Shown piece by piece: positions 21,731 through 32,240 of a DNA stretch of 64,000 bases. A program made the position numbers and the translations under genes. Below the pieces are notes generated by a model that had not been told where the DNA came from, made no database searches, and saw nothing but the letters and a program-made list of their open reading frames with translations. How positions within the stretch are numbered: position 1 is the first letter of the stretch; each line of letters opens with the position of its first letter. Origin of the DNA: Candidatus Moraniibacteriota bacterium (lineage in GTDB: Bacteria; Patescibacteriota; Minisyncoccia; Moranbacterales; GCA-2747515); contig CP065011.1 in the NCBI GenBank assembly GCA_016699795.1, forward strand, positions 354,474 to 418,473, given 5' to 3'.

Positions 21731-22200
21731 AGTGCAATAGGACGCGTTCATCTCTTTATATTTCTAAAATACTTGAGAGACGCCTCTTTTCTTTAAAATA
21801 ATTTCGGTAAAAAAACAGCTCATCAGCCAGAGCTCCTCAAGAATACGAAAAACTCCCCAACTTGTCAAATAATCCACCCTTATCAATTTCATCACGACAT
21901 TTACAAAATAAAAAAATAAAATTCTTTTTGATTGCAAAACTTTCTTAATTCCTCAAAATAAGCTTATATAAAAGCTTATTTAATATATAAATTCGAAATA
22001 TTAATGAAGATGTTTTTTTCATTCTTTTCTCCAAAAAATATAGAAAAAAGCTTTTTTAAAAAAGTTTATTCAAGGTGTCCCTAAAAAATATTTACCCCTA
22101 TACCAAAATGTATTAAGTTCTGCGAAAGAAAGAAACTTTCTAAAAATACCTTCATTCTTTATCAAAAAGTTATTTTTCTTAAAAACTCTTTTTTTAATTA

Positions 22201-24723
22201 TTATTCGAGCCTTCCTTCGTCAGAAAAATCAGGAAGCACCTCTTCAGTTAAAGATTCTTCCACTTTTACCGAATCTTCTGCTTTTACAGGGTCTTCTGGA
22301 TTAAGACTTTCCGCAGAAGGTAAGGTGGGTTCCGTTACGTCTGTGGAAATTTCTTCCGAATTCAAATTTTCATCCCCCTCTTTTTCATCTACTAAATCTT
22401 GGGTACTCATTTGCGTCCCTGTTAATTGACTTTTTTCTTTTTCAATAAAATTTTTCAGATCCACTTCTTCGGATTTACTATATTTCAAAGCAAGATCAAA
22501 ATATTTCAAAGCATCTTCTAGAGAAGCTTCTTTTTTATAGATATTTGCCAGAGCAAGATAAGAATGGACCTCCTCTGGTTTTTTTTCTATTACTTTTTTA
22601 TACATTTCAATAGCAAGTGTTGTATCGTTAGATTGTCCCCGCGTATAATATAATCTTCCCAAAACATACATGAAAGTCGGCTCTTCAGGAATAAATTCTA
22701 AAGCTCGTACAATACTCTGAATAGCACCCTCTATTTCTCCTAACCCCTCTTGCGTAAGAGCAAGAAGATACCACGCTTGAGGAAATTCTTCTTTTTTTCC
22801 AAGAGATATCTCCATCTCTTTTTTTGCATTTGCAAAATATTTTTCTTTTTCCTGCGAGCCCTCTTTTGTCATAGCCTTTCTAATAAAAAGCTCTCCTCGT
22901 TTCATATGCAAACGAGGATTTTGAGGTTCAAGCTTGATAGCTTCATCATAAGATTCTCCACAAATATCTATAAAATCATCTACATACAAACTTAATTCTT
23001 CATAAATTTGTCCCGACATTTCCCATGCGACAACATCCTTCGGCGTCATATTTTTTGAACGAACTGCGTATTCAGATGCTAAGTTCATATTCTTTTCGAT
23101 CATTTTAAGATAATTTTCATCGGTCGATTCTATTTTTTGAGATTTAACCTCCTTTACATATTGATTAGCCAAAAGAATATAATAACGAGATTCAAAAGGA
23201 TTCAATTCAATAGAACGTTTCAGAAAAGAAATCGCATCCTCTTGAGAAGAATTTAACACTGCCTTCTTTGCAAAAAAATCAGCAAAAAAACCTTTCGCCA
23301 AAAAAATATACCCATATATAAAGAAACTGAACACAACAAGAAAAGCAAATGCGGCGCTTAAAATATATTCAGGACGTGGTCTCGTGCTTATAATTCGAAC
23401 AGTGGATTGCATATCCGATTGGCTTTTTCGAAGAGAAAGTGTAAATGCCATAACAACAAACCATAAAGCAAAAACAGGAAATGCAACAGGAAAAAAAATA
23501 ATTGTTAAAGTTAAAAATAAAAGAGAAATAACTGAACCAATCCAAAAAAATAAATATTTGCCACCTCTTTTATATCCTGCAAGAAACCCAGAACCAATAG
23601 TATAAAGAATGAGAAATGAAAAAGCTAAAAAACCAGAAATTCCCGAAGTGACAGGGACTTCAAAAATCATACCTTCTGCCTGAGAAGGTCTTTCAAGGAC
23701 AAGAGAGGTCTGATTCAAATCAAGATGTCTATACAAAGAAAATGCGGAACTATATAAAGATGGGCCTACTCCAAAAAAAGGATTTTCTAAAAAGGAACTA
23801 TATGCTATTTGAAAAGAATTTTGAAAAGATATCATTACTCCATCCGTTGATTCTGTCATTGGAAAAATAACTTTTCCAGAGAAATAACCTAAAACACAAA
23901 AAAGAAAGATTACCGAAGGAAACCATGCTGATTTAAATTTAATTCCAATTATAACGGCAACGGTCAATAAAAACCAACCACTTATCATAAAAAGGATCCA
24001 CCAGAAAGACATGTTTGAAAAATATCGTATAGAAAAAAACATAGTTAGAAAAGAAAGAATACTCAAAAGAAAAAATTGTATACTCAAAAAAATCTTTTTC
24101 TCTGTAACTTGCAATAATCGTTCCTGAAAAGCCCCCCAAAGCAAAGGGAGTGTACCCAAAAGAATAATTATTATAGAAGGAAAATGATGAAACATTTCCT
24201 CTTTTTTTGTTAATGATACAATTTGAAAAAAAGAAGGAATTATTTCCCATAAAACAAGAAATGCTATTAAAGAAAAAACACCAAGTACAAGAGAATTCTT
24301 TATCCAAGAAACCTTAGAGATTCTAACAAGATGTAGTGTTATATAATAAAGTAAAATATAAGCAAAAAAAGAAAGAGTTCCTCTACCAGGATCTCCAAAA
24401 ACTCCCCACATACTATGCCATACATCATCACTCAAAAAAGAAGAGATACCGAAAACAAGAAGAACCAACAGCATAGGGGCATCTGCAGTTGTTCTTGGTA
24501 TTTCAATCTTTCCCACGATAAAACTTCGAGTAAGCCAGAAAATGAGAGCGCTTAAAATACCCAAAAGGAAAAGCGTATACTGCTCAAAAATACTTCCTTG
24601 TAAAGTCAATCCTATTGACCCAGAAAAAAGTCCCCCTATCGCAACAAAGAAAAAAAATGCTGTCAATACATCAGAACAAATAAGAGCAAATTTTTTCGAA
24701 AATATATAATGCGCAAGATTCAT
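22201..24723 (-). CDS. Large polytopic membrane protein with C-terminal TPR repeats (Wzy/O-antigen-ligase-like family) and an acidic tail
   Basis: About 12 N-terminal TM segments. The C-terminal half has several TPR-like units (ALANIYKKEASLEDALKYFDLALKY etc.) and an Asp/Glu-rich end. Confidence 0.4.
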   Translation of the reverse strand: MNLAHYIFSKKFALICSDVLTAFFFFVAIGGLFSGSIGLTLQGSIFEQYTLFLLGILSALIFWLTRSFIVGKIEIPRTTADAPMLLVLLVFGISSFLSDDVWHSMWGVFGDPGRGTLSFFAYILLYYITLHLVRISKVSWIKNSLVLGVFSLIAFLVLWEIIPSFFQIVSLTKKEEMFHHFPSIIIILLGTLPLLWGAFQERLLQVTEKKIFLSIQFFLLSILSFLTMFFSIRYFSNMSFWWILFMISGWFLLTVAVIIGIKFKSAWFPSVIFLFCVLGYFSGKVIFPMTESTDGVMISFQNSFQIAYSSFLENPFFGVGPSLYSSAFSLYRHLDLNQTSLVLERPSQAEGMIFEVPVTSGISGFLAFSFLILYTIGSGFLAGYKRGGKYLFFWIGSVISLLFLTLTIIFFPVAFPVFALWFVVMAFTLSLRKSQSDMQSTVRIISTRPRPEYILSAAFAFLVVFSFFIYGYIFLAKGFFADFFAKKAVLNSSQEDAISFLKRSIELNPFESRYYILLANQYVKEVKSQKIESTDENYLKMIEKNMNLASEYAVRSKNMTPKDVVAWEMSGQIYEELSLYVDDFIDICGESYDEAIKLEPQNPRLHMKRGELFIRKAMTKEGSQEKEKYFANAKKEMEISLGKKEEFPQAWYLLALTQEGLGEIEGAIQSIVRALEFIPEEPTFMYVLGRLYYTRGQSNDTTLAIEMYKKVIEKKPEEVHSYLALANIYKKEASLEDALKYFDLALKYSKSEEVDLKNFIEKEKSQLTGTQMSTQDLVDEKEGDENLNSEEISTDVTEPTLPSAESLNPEDPVKAEDSVKVEESLTEEVLPDFSDEGRLE

Positions 24724-25523
24724 TCGCTTTCTTTAATTTCCTTTATAATTTTATTTTCTGAAATTTTTTCAATAATGAGAAAGAATTCCTCTACATTAAG
24801 AGAGGATCTCCCTACGAGAAGTCCCTCGAGATTAGTATTTTCAAATAATTCACTAACATTTTCCGAATGGACAGACCCTCCGTAGAGAATATGTGTATCC
24901 GAAGAAAATTCTTCAAAACATTCTTTAACTGTTTCTTGAATGCTTTCTATCGCAAAAGAGAGCTCTTTTGCATTTGGAAGATTGTCAGTTCCTACTGCCC
25001 AAATAGGTTCATAAGCAATAACTATTCTATGAGCATCCTCTTTTTTTATGTATTTTAAGGCATTTTTTGTCTGTTCTTTAAGAACTTTTTCTGTAAATCC
25101 CTGTTCTTTTTGATCAAAAGTCTCTCCAACACAAATAACAGCAGTAATACCATATTCTACTGCTCGAAGACATTTTCTCGAAATTTCCAAATCAGTTTCC
25201 TTATGATTTTTTCGCCTCTCGCTATGTCCTATGATAACAAAAGAAACTCCTAGAGACTTCAGCATAGAAACGGAAACGTCTCCCGTAAAAGATCCTGCTA
25301 CTTCCAAAGAAATATCTTGTGCTCCCAACAAAATATCATTCTCAATAATTTTATTCGCTTTTTCTAAAAAGGGAAACGGTGGAGCTATGCCGATATGAAT
25401 ATTTTTATCTTTATTTTTTGAAAAGTTCAAAAAATTCTGAATATACACTTCAAATTCAGATAAGCTCCCCGGATTCATTTTTAAATTTCCTATTATACTA
25501 ATCATATTTTCTTTATTTTTCAT
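24720..25523 (-). CDS. tpiA: Triosephosphate isomerase
   Basis: Motifs IGHSERR and IAYEPIWAVGT are diagnostic TIM motifs. Confidence 0.85.
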   Translation of the reverse strand: MKNKENMISIIGNLKMNPGSLSEFEVYIQNFLNFSKNKDKNIHIGIAPPFPFLEKANKIIENDILLGAQDISLEVAGSFTGDVSVSMLKSLGVSFVIIGHSERRKNHKETDLEISRKCLRAVEYGITAVICVGETFDQKEQGFTEKVLKEQTKNALKYIKKEDAHRIVIAYEPIWAVGTDNLPNAKELSFAIESIQETVKECFEEFSSDTHILYGGSVHSENVSELFENTNLEGLLVGRSSLNVEEFFLIIEKISENKIIKEIKESE

Positions 25524-25613
25524 CTCTTATTCTAACAAAAATACTCATTTATGAAAAGAAAAGCCCTAAAATAAATTTAAGAGCTTTTCCCTTTTCATTT
25601 CTTACTTGCGTAG

Positions 25614-26201
25614 TTAAGGCATTTGCCAACCACATTTGGGACATACAAGTTTTACCTGATACCATCTACTATCATTCACATCAGTAATACGAACTTTCAT
25701 TACCATACGCTCACCACAATCCACACCCATACATTCATAATGACTATTGATACGGAGTTGTTGAGCCATTCTTTGTGCATCAAGTGCATATGGATCAAAT
25801 TGAATAACATATTCACCACCCTCAGAAAAAAGATTTGTTATCAATGTTACCACTTCTCGAGGTGTTGTTGTATCCCGAACAACAAAATCTTTTGCCCCGA
25901 GTTGCTCTGCACGCTTTCTATCTTCTTCACGTCCAAGATGAGAAGAAATAACAACAGGGATAGAAACCGTTGCTGTATTTTTATTCAATGTTTCCATGAA
26001 AGAAAAACCATCCATTCGGGGCATGACAATACCAGTAAAAATAACGTCAGGAATTTTTTCTATAGCAATCTGTATTCCTTCAACACCATCTCTCGCCTCA
26101 TAAACTTCATAATCAGCATTACGAAAAACATTTGCATAAAGTTCTCGAGTAAAATCATCGTCATCAACGATAAGAATAGATCGTCTAGTTTCTTGAGACA
26201 T
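25614..26201 (-). CDS. Response regulator receiver (CheY-like) fused to a C-terminal zinc-ribbon domain
   Basis: ILIVDDD...D-x-x-MPRMDG...K REC motifs, then CMGVDCGERM...CPKCGW. Confidence 0.7.
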   Translation of the reverse strand: MSQETRRSILIVDDDDFTRELYANVFRNADYEVYEARDGVEGIQIAIEKIPDVIFTGIVMPRMDGFSFMETLNKNTATVSIPVVISSHLGREEDRKRAEQLGAKDFVVRDTTTPREVVTLITNLFSEGGEYVIQFDPYALDAQRMAQQLRINSHYECMGVDCGERMVMKVRITDVNDSRWYQVKLVCPKCGWQMP

Positions 26202-26276
26202 ACTTTTTCTATATTTTATTCTTTTAATTAAGACGTTTCTAAGTATAGCACAAAAAATACATACCTACAAAAAATT

Positions 26277-27389
26277 TCAAAGTCCCATTTCTCGAAGATT
26301 TTCAAAAAGTTTTTTTTGTTCCCTAGAAAGACGCTTTGGAATTTCAACATGCACACGAACCAATTGATGGCCTTTACGTCGATTGTTTAATTCAGGAAAT
26401 CCCTTTTCTTTTATGCGAAAAATTTCTCCTGATTTTGTGCCTGAAGGAATTCTCATCGTAACAGTACCATAAAGAGTCTCTGCCTGTATCGAATCTCCCA
26501 GAACTGCTTGAGAAAGAAAAATATATTCCTCTGTAAGAACATCGAGTCCTTTTCTTGTAAATTTCTTATCTGGTCGCACGTGTACTGTTACATAAAGACT
26601 TCCCGCTGGAGATCCGTACTCACCAGCATCACCCTTTCCAGAAAGAGAAAGTGTCTGTCCATCATCAATTCCTGCAGGAATAGTTATAGTAAGTTCCTCT
26701 CGACGTCGAACTCGTCCATCTCCTCCACAAATTCGACATTTTTTTTCATACATTTTTCCTTTTCCCTGACAATCATGACAAAGAACAACTTGTTGCATTG
26801 TTCCAAGAATAGTTCTTACATGCGTGCGAATCTTTCCAGCTCCAGCACATGTTTTACAAGATATTTGTTTAGATCCTTTTTCTCCCCCGGTTCCAAGACA
26901 ATCCTCACATAAAGCCCTTCGCTCAAGAGAAACTTTCTTTATAGTATTTTGTATAGTTTCCTTCATCTCCATCTCAACGTCAATTTGAATATCCTTTCCC
27001 TGTGCAGATGTTGAGCTTGATTCTCTTCCAAAGAAATCTCCAAAAATATCTTCAAAACCTCCAAAACCTCTATCGGAAGATTGTGTTCTTTGAAAATTAC
27101 CAAAATCAAAATTACCAAAATCAAAACCCTCGAATCCCCCAAAACCAGAACCATTATTCGAACCTGCGTTTCCATTATTAAATGTCTGGCCAAAACGATT
27201 ATATTGTTCACGTTTTTTGGGATCAGAAAGCACTTGATATGCCGAACTAATTTTTTTAAACATCTCAACATCTCCCGTTTCTTTGTCAGGGTGATATTTA
27301 TGAGCAAGTTTTCGAAATGCTTTCTTTATTTCTTCTTGAGAAGCATTTTTTGAAACTCCGAGAATGTCATAATAGTTTTGTGAATCCAT
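26277..27389 (-). CDS. dnaJ: Molecular chaperone DnaJ
   Basis: J-domain YYDILGV...HPDK, G/F-rich linker, and four CxxCxGxG zinc-finger repeats. Confidence 0.9.
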   Translation of the reverse strand: MDSQNYYDILGVSKNASQEEIKKAFRKLAHKYHPDKETGDVEMFKKISSAYQVLSDPKKREQYNRFGQTFNNGNAGSNNGSGFGGFEGFDFGNFDFGNFQRTQSSDRGFGGFEDIFGDFFGRESSSTSAQGKDIQIDVEMEMKETIQNTIKKVSLERRALCEDCLGTGGEKGSKQISCKTCAGAGKIRTHVRTILGTMQQVVLCHDCQGKGKMYEKKCRICGGDGRVRRREELTITIPAGIDDGQTLSLSGKGDAGEYGSPAGSLYVTVHVRPDKKFTRKGLDVLTEEYIFLSQAVLGDSIQAETLYGTVTMRIPSGTKSGEIFRIKEKGFPELNNRRKGHQLVRVHVEIPKRLSREQKKLFENLREMGL

Positions 27390-27461
27390 AAGGGTAGACT
27401 TTTTTCTTTCTTAAAAAATATCATAAGAGAAAAAAATTAGCAATCCCAAGTCTTGAGTGCT

Positions 27462-27522
27462 AAAAAACCGACATAAGATTTTATAAAGTTTTTCTCTCTT
27501 TATAATCTTATGCCGGTCTATA
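27462..27522 (-). terminator. Rho-independent terminator (minus-strand sense)
   Basis: Minus-strand hairpin ACCGGCATAAGATTATAAAG...CTTTATAAAATCTTATGTCGGTTTTTTAGC with a T-run, upstream of dnaJ. Confidence 0.5.
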
Positions 27523-27550
27523 ATCAATATCTACCTACTGATTCCCCTTA

Positions 27551-27805
27551 TTAAGAAGAAAGGGCTTGATCAATTTTTTTTTCTTTTCGATGAAAAGAAA
27601 GTCCACCTAAGAAGAATATATTTTCTTCAAGAGAGGGACGGAATAAACAATGCTCTTGGCAGAACTCATCTTTCCCGATAGAAGAGAGACAGGTATCTTC
27701 TATTATTATGGGTTGATGCCCCTGCACTCGACGAGGGCAATGCGATTCACCATTATACCTCAAATGATGTTGCATGTCCTGATGATGTTCATGTACTATC
27801 TTCAT
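27551..27805 (-). CDS. Small His/Cys-rich hypothetical protein
   Basis: 84-aa ORF that overlaps the yidD 3' end by 17 nt. [10 protein letters not shown] and HCP...C..HC motifs. Coding status uncertain. Confidence 0.3.
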   Translation of the reverse strand: MKIVHEHHQDMQHHLRYNGESHCPRRVQGHQPIIIEDTCLSSIGKDEFCQEHCLFRPSLEENIFFLGGLSFHRKEKKIDQALSS

Positions 27806-28112
27806 CTCTTTTTTTCTCCTCTTTTTTTCTAAGTTGAACCCGATTAGATCCTAAATTAGGTATCGGGTCATATCCGCCCGGATGAAATGGGTGGCATCGA
27901 AATAAACGACGGAGACTCATCCGAACTCCTCGCAATACACCGAAACGATCTATCGATCCATAAGCATATTGAGAGCAACTTGGATAAAATCTACAAATTT
28001 TTATTTTTAAAATTTTTCCCAACACTCCATGATCTAAAGACAGAGTCTTTTGATACAACACAATTGAAAGAAGTAATAAACGCTTAATCATAAATGGATT
28101 AAAAATATACAT
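27789..28112 (-). CDS. yidD: Membrane protein insertion efficiency factor YidD
   Basis: [15 protein letters not shown]...[19 protein letters not shown] is the YidD signature. Confidence 0.85.
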   Translation of the reverse strand: MYIFNPFMIKRLLLLSIVLYQKTLSLDHGVLGKILKIKICRFYPSCSQYAYGSIDRFGVLRGVRMSLRRLFRCHPFHPGGYDPIPNLGSNRVQLRKKEEKKRDEDST

Positions 28113-28149
28113 TATTTTAAATATTTTGTCAATGTAAAATTTTCGTGCT

Positions 28150-28180
28150 ATTATTTCTCATATACTTTTCTTTTTATCTT
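28150..28180 (+). promoter_or_regulatory. Putative sigma70-like promoter for corA
   Basis: TTGTCA - 17 nt - TATTAT about 25 nt upstream of the corA start. Divergent from yidD. Confidence 0.35.
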
Positions 28181-28199
28181 ATTTACTACCTCTATCTCT

Positions 28200-29120
28200 A
28201 TGTTTCAAGAAATTCACACAAAAAATGTCAATTGGATTCATTTCAACAAACCAAATGAGAAAGATATTGAATATTTACAAGAAAATTTCAATATAAACCC
28301 TCTTGCTGTAGAAGACTTCCTTCTTCCTACCATACGAGCAAAATCAATTCTTTATGAAAATTGTTTTTTCCTCACTATCCTTCTCCCTCTCTATGATACA
28401 AAAATAAAAACTACTTATTCTGGGGAGCTTAATTTTATTATCACAAAAGATCATCTTGTTACTGGCGTAGGACAAGGAGGGGAAATCCAACAACTCGATG
28501 ATTTTTTTTCTCTTCTTGAAAGAAATATTGGAAAACGAAGACTTTATATGAGTGAATCTCCCGCACATCTTCTTTGTGCACTCTTAGAAACGCTTCTTGA
28601 ATCTTGTTTTCCAAGACTCGATAACATTACAAAGAAAATAGACACTATAGAACACCATGTTTTTCAAGGAAATGAAAAGGCTATGGTGAAAGAAATCTCT
28701 TATGTGAAAAGAGATATTCTCAATTTTCGACGAACACTTATGCCCCAAAGATCTGTTCTGGAATCACTAGCTTCTCAAAAAACTCATCTTATTCCTGAAA
28801 TTCTTTCTTCCAGACTTCGTGAACTTTCTGACACAAGTTTACGTCTTTGGAATGCCTTAGAAAATGATAAAGAAACTGTTGAATCTCTCGAAAAAACAAA
28901 TGAATCTCTTCTTTCCTTCAAACTCAATGAAAAAATGCGCATTATAACACTTTTTTCAACCATACTCCTCCCTATGACATTTTATGCCAACATACTTGGA
29001 ATGAATGTTTCTAAAATACCGTTTGATACCAAACCTTCAGCTTTTTTTCTTCATCTTATTATTATGGCATTAATCTCTATTTTCACGTATCTTTTCTTCA
29101 GATGGAGAAAATGGGTTTAA
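28200..29120 (+). CDS. corA: CorA-family magnesium/cobalt transporter
   Basis: GMN motif (ILGMNVSKIP) before two C-terminal TM helices. Confidence 0.8.
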   Translation: MFQEIHTKNVNWIHFNKPNEKDIEYLQENFNINPLAVEDFLLPTIRAKSILYENCFFLTILLPLYDTKIKTTYSGELNFIITKDHLVTGVGQGGEIQQLDDFFSLLERNIGKRRLYMSESPAHLLCALLETLLESCFPRLDNITKKIDTIEHHVFQGNEKAMVKEISYVKRDILNFRRTLMPQRSVLESLASQKTHLIPEILSSRLRELSDTSLRLWNALENDKETVESLEKTNESLLSFKLNEKMRIITLFSTILLPMTFYANILGMNVSKIPFDTKPSAFFLHLIIMALISIFTYLFFRWRKWV

Positions 29121-29168
29121 TCCCCAAAAAAGATCACGAAAAATTCACCCGTATTCTAAAGAACACTT

Positions 29169-30602
29169 ATGTTAGTTTTATACAACACTTTAACGAAAGA
29201 AAAAGAGTGCTTTATTCCTTTACAAAAAAAGGAGGTTTCTTTATATACCTGCGGCCCCACAGTATATGGAAAAATTCATATAGGAAATATTCGTTCTTAT
29301 CTTATGGCAGACACACTTCGTCGTGTTTTGCTTTTGGAGGGATATAAAGTACGTCATATAAAAAACATAACTGATGTCGGACATTTAACCGCTGACAACA
29401 TTGCTCAAGGTGATTCTGGTGAAGATAAAATTGAAAAAAAAGCAAAAGAAGAGCAAACAACACCAGAAAAAATAACCCGAGTATACGAAGATTATTTTCA
29501 TAAAACAGAGCAAAAAATGAATATTCTTGATGCTGATCTTTTTCCAAAAGCAACAGAACATATACCCCAAATGATTTCCCTCATACAAAAACTTCTTGAT
29601 TCAAACCATGCCTATATAAGTAATCAAAATATTTTTCTTGATGTTACTTCTTTCCCTGAATATGGGAAACTTTCAGGAAATTCTCTAGAAAAACTAAAAA
29701 CAGGCGCACGACTTGCAAAACATCCTGATAAAAAAAATCCTTGGGATTTTGCTCTCTGGCTTAAAGCCGATGAGAATCATCTTATGCAATGGGACTCTCC
29801 TTGGGGAAAAGGTTATCCTGGTTGGCATATTGAATGTAGCGCCATGAGTATGACTTATTTGGGAGAAAGTTTTGATATCCACACCGGAGGAGAAGATAAT
29901 ATATTCCCCCATCATGAGGCTGAAAAAGCTCAATCAGAATGTGCCACAGGAAAACCCTTTGTAAAATATTGGGTTCATCTTCGACATCTTCTTATTCAAA
30001 ATCAAAAAATGTCAAAATCAAAAGGAACACTACTTACTTTAGAAGATGTTGAGTCAAAGGGATTTTCTGCTACCGATCTCAGACTTGCATTTCTTTCCTC
30101 TCATTACCGATCCCCTATGAATTTTACATGGGAATCGCTTGAGCAATCTCAAAAAAATAAAGAAAAAATACAATCTTTTCTTTTGGAACTTTCTCGCATT
30201 CAAGAAAAAGAAGAAAAACAAAACAATTACTTTGATATAACTCCGTACATTTCTGATTTCAAGAAAGCCCTAGAAGATGATCTCAACACTCCTCAAGCGC
30301 TTTCTATTATCTATGAAATGATGCATGCGGTTTATATTGCTATTCACAATAATAGTTTCTCGTCAACAAATGCCCAAGAAATTCTTTCTTTCTGGGAAAC
30401 AGCTAATTCTGTTTTAGGATTAAACCTCAAAAAAGAAAAAGAATATACCTTACCTGAAAATATAGAAAAAATTCTTCAAGAAAGACAAATAGCACGAGAA
30501 AACAAAAATTATATTCTTGCAGATACTCTTCGAAAAAAAATAGAATCTTTTGGTTATGAAATTCAAGATACTCAAGAAACACAAACCATTCAAAAAAAAT
30601 AA
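29169..30602 (+). CDS. cysS: Cysteine--tRNA ligase
   Basis: HIGN (HIGH) and KMSKSKG motifs. 477 aa. Confidence 0.9.
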   Translation: MLVLYNTLTKEKECFIPLQKKEVSLYTCGPTVYGKIHIGNIRSYLMADTLRRVLLLEGYKVRHIKNITDVGHLTADNIAQGDSGEDKIEKKAKEEQTTPEKITRVYEDYFHKTEQKMNILDADLFPKATEHIPQMISLIQKLLDSNHAYISNQNIFLDVTSFPEYGKLSGNSLEKLKTGARLAKHPDKKNPWDFALWLKADENHLMQWDSPWGKGYPGWHIECSAMSMTYLGESFDIHTGGEDNIFPHHEAEKAQSECATGKPFVKYWVHLRHLLIQNQKMSKSKGTLLTLEDVESKGFSATDLRLAFLSSHYRSPMNFTWESLEQSQKNKEKIQSFLLELSRIQEKEEKQNNYFDITPYISDFKKALEDDLNTPQALSIIYEMMHAVYIAIHNNSFSSTNAQEILSFWETANSVLGLNLKKEKEYTLPENIEKILQERQIARENKNYILADTLRKKIESFGYEIQDTQETQTIQKK

Positions 30603-30620
30603 ATACAATAATCTAAAAAT

Positions 30621-32225
30621 ATGAAGTTTCTAAAAAATTTTCATAGAAATTCAAAAAAGACATATAAAAACACAATAATACTTTCCCTTCTTATTTTAAC
30701 AGCTTTTTTTATTCGAATTCTTTGGATAAATACCATCCCTGGAGGAATATATCCAGATGAAGCTATGAATGGAACAGATGCTCTCACCACATGGGAACAA
30801 AAAGATTTTAAGCTTTTCTACGAAAATAATAATGGTCGAGAAGGTCTATTTATAAATCTCATTGCTCTTTCTTCGCAAGTCTTAGGAAATACTATAATCG
30901 GACTAAAAATATGGTCCATTCTTTTTGGAACCTTAACTGTCCTTGGTATTTATCTTTTAGGAAAAGAACTTTTTTCTAGTAATCGACTTGGTCTTTATGC
31001 AGCTTTTCTCTGCACTTTCTCTTTTTGGGCTATTAACTTTTCTCGTATAAGTTTTCGAGCAATCTCCCTCCCGCTCATACTTACCTTTTCATTTTATTTC
31101 CTTTTCAAAGGGCTGCGAACAAAAGTCTTTCTTCCTTTTATGATTTCTGGTTTTATTTTTGGACTTGGCTTTCATACCTATATAGCTTTTCGCATAGCTC
31201 CTGCAATACTCATTGTCATTTTTATCTTTCTTCTTCTCTCTAAAAAAGATGCTTTGCGTACCTATTGGAAACATGGCCTTGTCTTTCTTTTCTTTATGTT
31301 ATTAGCTGTTTCTCCCATGCTTTATGATTTTATCGAAAATCCTCAACATTTCAGCTCTCGTTCTAGTAGTATTTCCATATTCTCTTCAGAAATCAATCAT
31401 GGAGATTTTTGGGGAACTCTCAAAGAAACTTTTACACTCAGTATCATCAAATATTTTACATGGGGAGATCAAAATTGGAGACATAATATACCACCATTTC
31501 CTATCTTAGATATATTCACATCCATAGCTTTTGGCGTAGGTCTTATTACCCTCATTTGGAAATTTTTATATACCTTAAGAAAAAGAATTATTTTCAAAGA
31601 AAGAGATCGCGAACTCCTTGTAACCTCTTTTCTTTTAGGTTGGTTCTTTCTTATGCTTGCCCCTGAATTTCTTACCAATGAAAGCCTTCCTCATGCATTA
31701 AGATCCATTGGAACACAGCCAGCAGTTTTCATTCTTGCATCCTTACCCTTTCTCTGGATTTCGCGAATTCCTTCAAAAAAATATTTTTCTCCTTTTATAG
31801 CAAGTATTGTTATTCTCATTTTCATTTCTTTGATAAATCTTTTCCTTTATTTTGTATTTTGGGGGACTTCTCAAGAAAGTAAAAGTGCTTTCAATTCGGT
31901 CTTTACTCAGCAAGCTTATTACATTCAATCTCTTGAAGATACTCTTCCTATTTATGTATTTGCCAATGGTCCCGGACAAACTGTTTCCGACGGACTTCCA
32001 GTAAGTGCTCAAGTTATACGATATCTTACTTTTGACCAAAAAAATGTTACTTTTCTCACAACCCTTGAAGAACCTCCCACAATCCCTTCCATTTTTATTC
32101 CTATGAATTATAATGATTCCATTCTTACTTTACTAAAAGAACGTTTTCACGGTAAAATCACAACGAAAAAAATTGTTCCAGAAGATCAAGTGTCTTCCTT
32201 TACTGTTATTTTTCTTGAACCCTAA
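30621..32225 (+). CDS. GT-C superfamily glycosyltransferase (GT39/ArnT/PMT-like)
   Basis: Polytopic membrane protein with an N-terminal periplasmic-loop motif YPDEAMNGTDAL typical of ArnT/PMT-type GT-C enzymes. Confidence 0.6.
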   Translation: MKFLKNFHRNSKKTYKNTIILSLLILTAFFIRILWINTIPGGIYPDEAMNGTDALTTWEQKDFKLFYENNNGREGLFINLIALSSQVLGNTIIGLKIWSILFGTLTVLGIYLLGKELFSSNRLGLYAAFLCTFSFWAINFSRISFRAISLPLILTFSFYFLFKGLRTKVFLPFMISGFIFGLGFHTYIAFRIAPAILIVIFIFLLLSKKDALRTYWKHGLVFLFFMLLAVSPMLYDFIENPQHFSSRSSSISIFSSEINHGDFWGTLKETFTLSIIKYFTWGDQNWRHNIPPFPILDIFTSIAFGVGLITLIWKFLYTLRKRIIFKERDRELLVTSFLLGWFFLMLAPEFLTNESLPHALRSIGTQPAVFILASLPFLWISRIPSKKYFSPFIASIVILIFISLINLFLYFVFWGTSQESKSAFNSVFTQQAYYIQSLEDTLPIYVFANGPGQTVSDGLPVSAQVIRYLTFDQKNVTFLTTLEEPPTIPSIFIPMNYNDSILTLLKERFHGKITTKKIVPEDQVSSFTVIFLEP

Positions 32226-32240
32226 AAAATATCACATCCT

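Noticed and set aside
25623-26231. 202-aa plus-strand ORF antisense to the response regulator
   Set aside because: Low-complexity, Asn/Ile-rich, no start context. The opposite strand encodes a clear REC domain.
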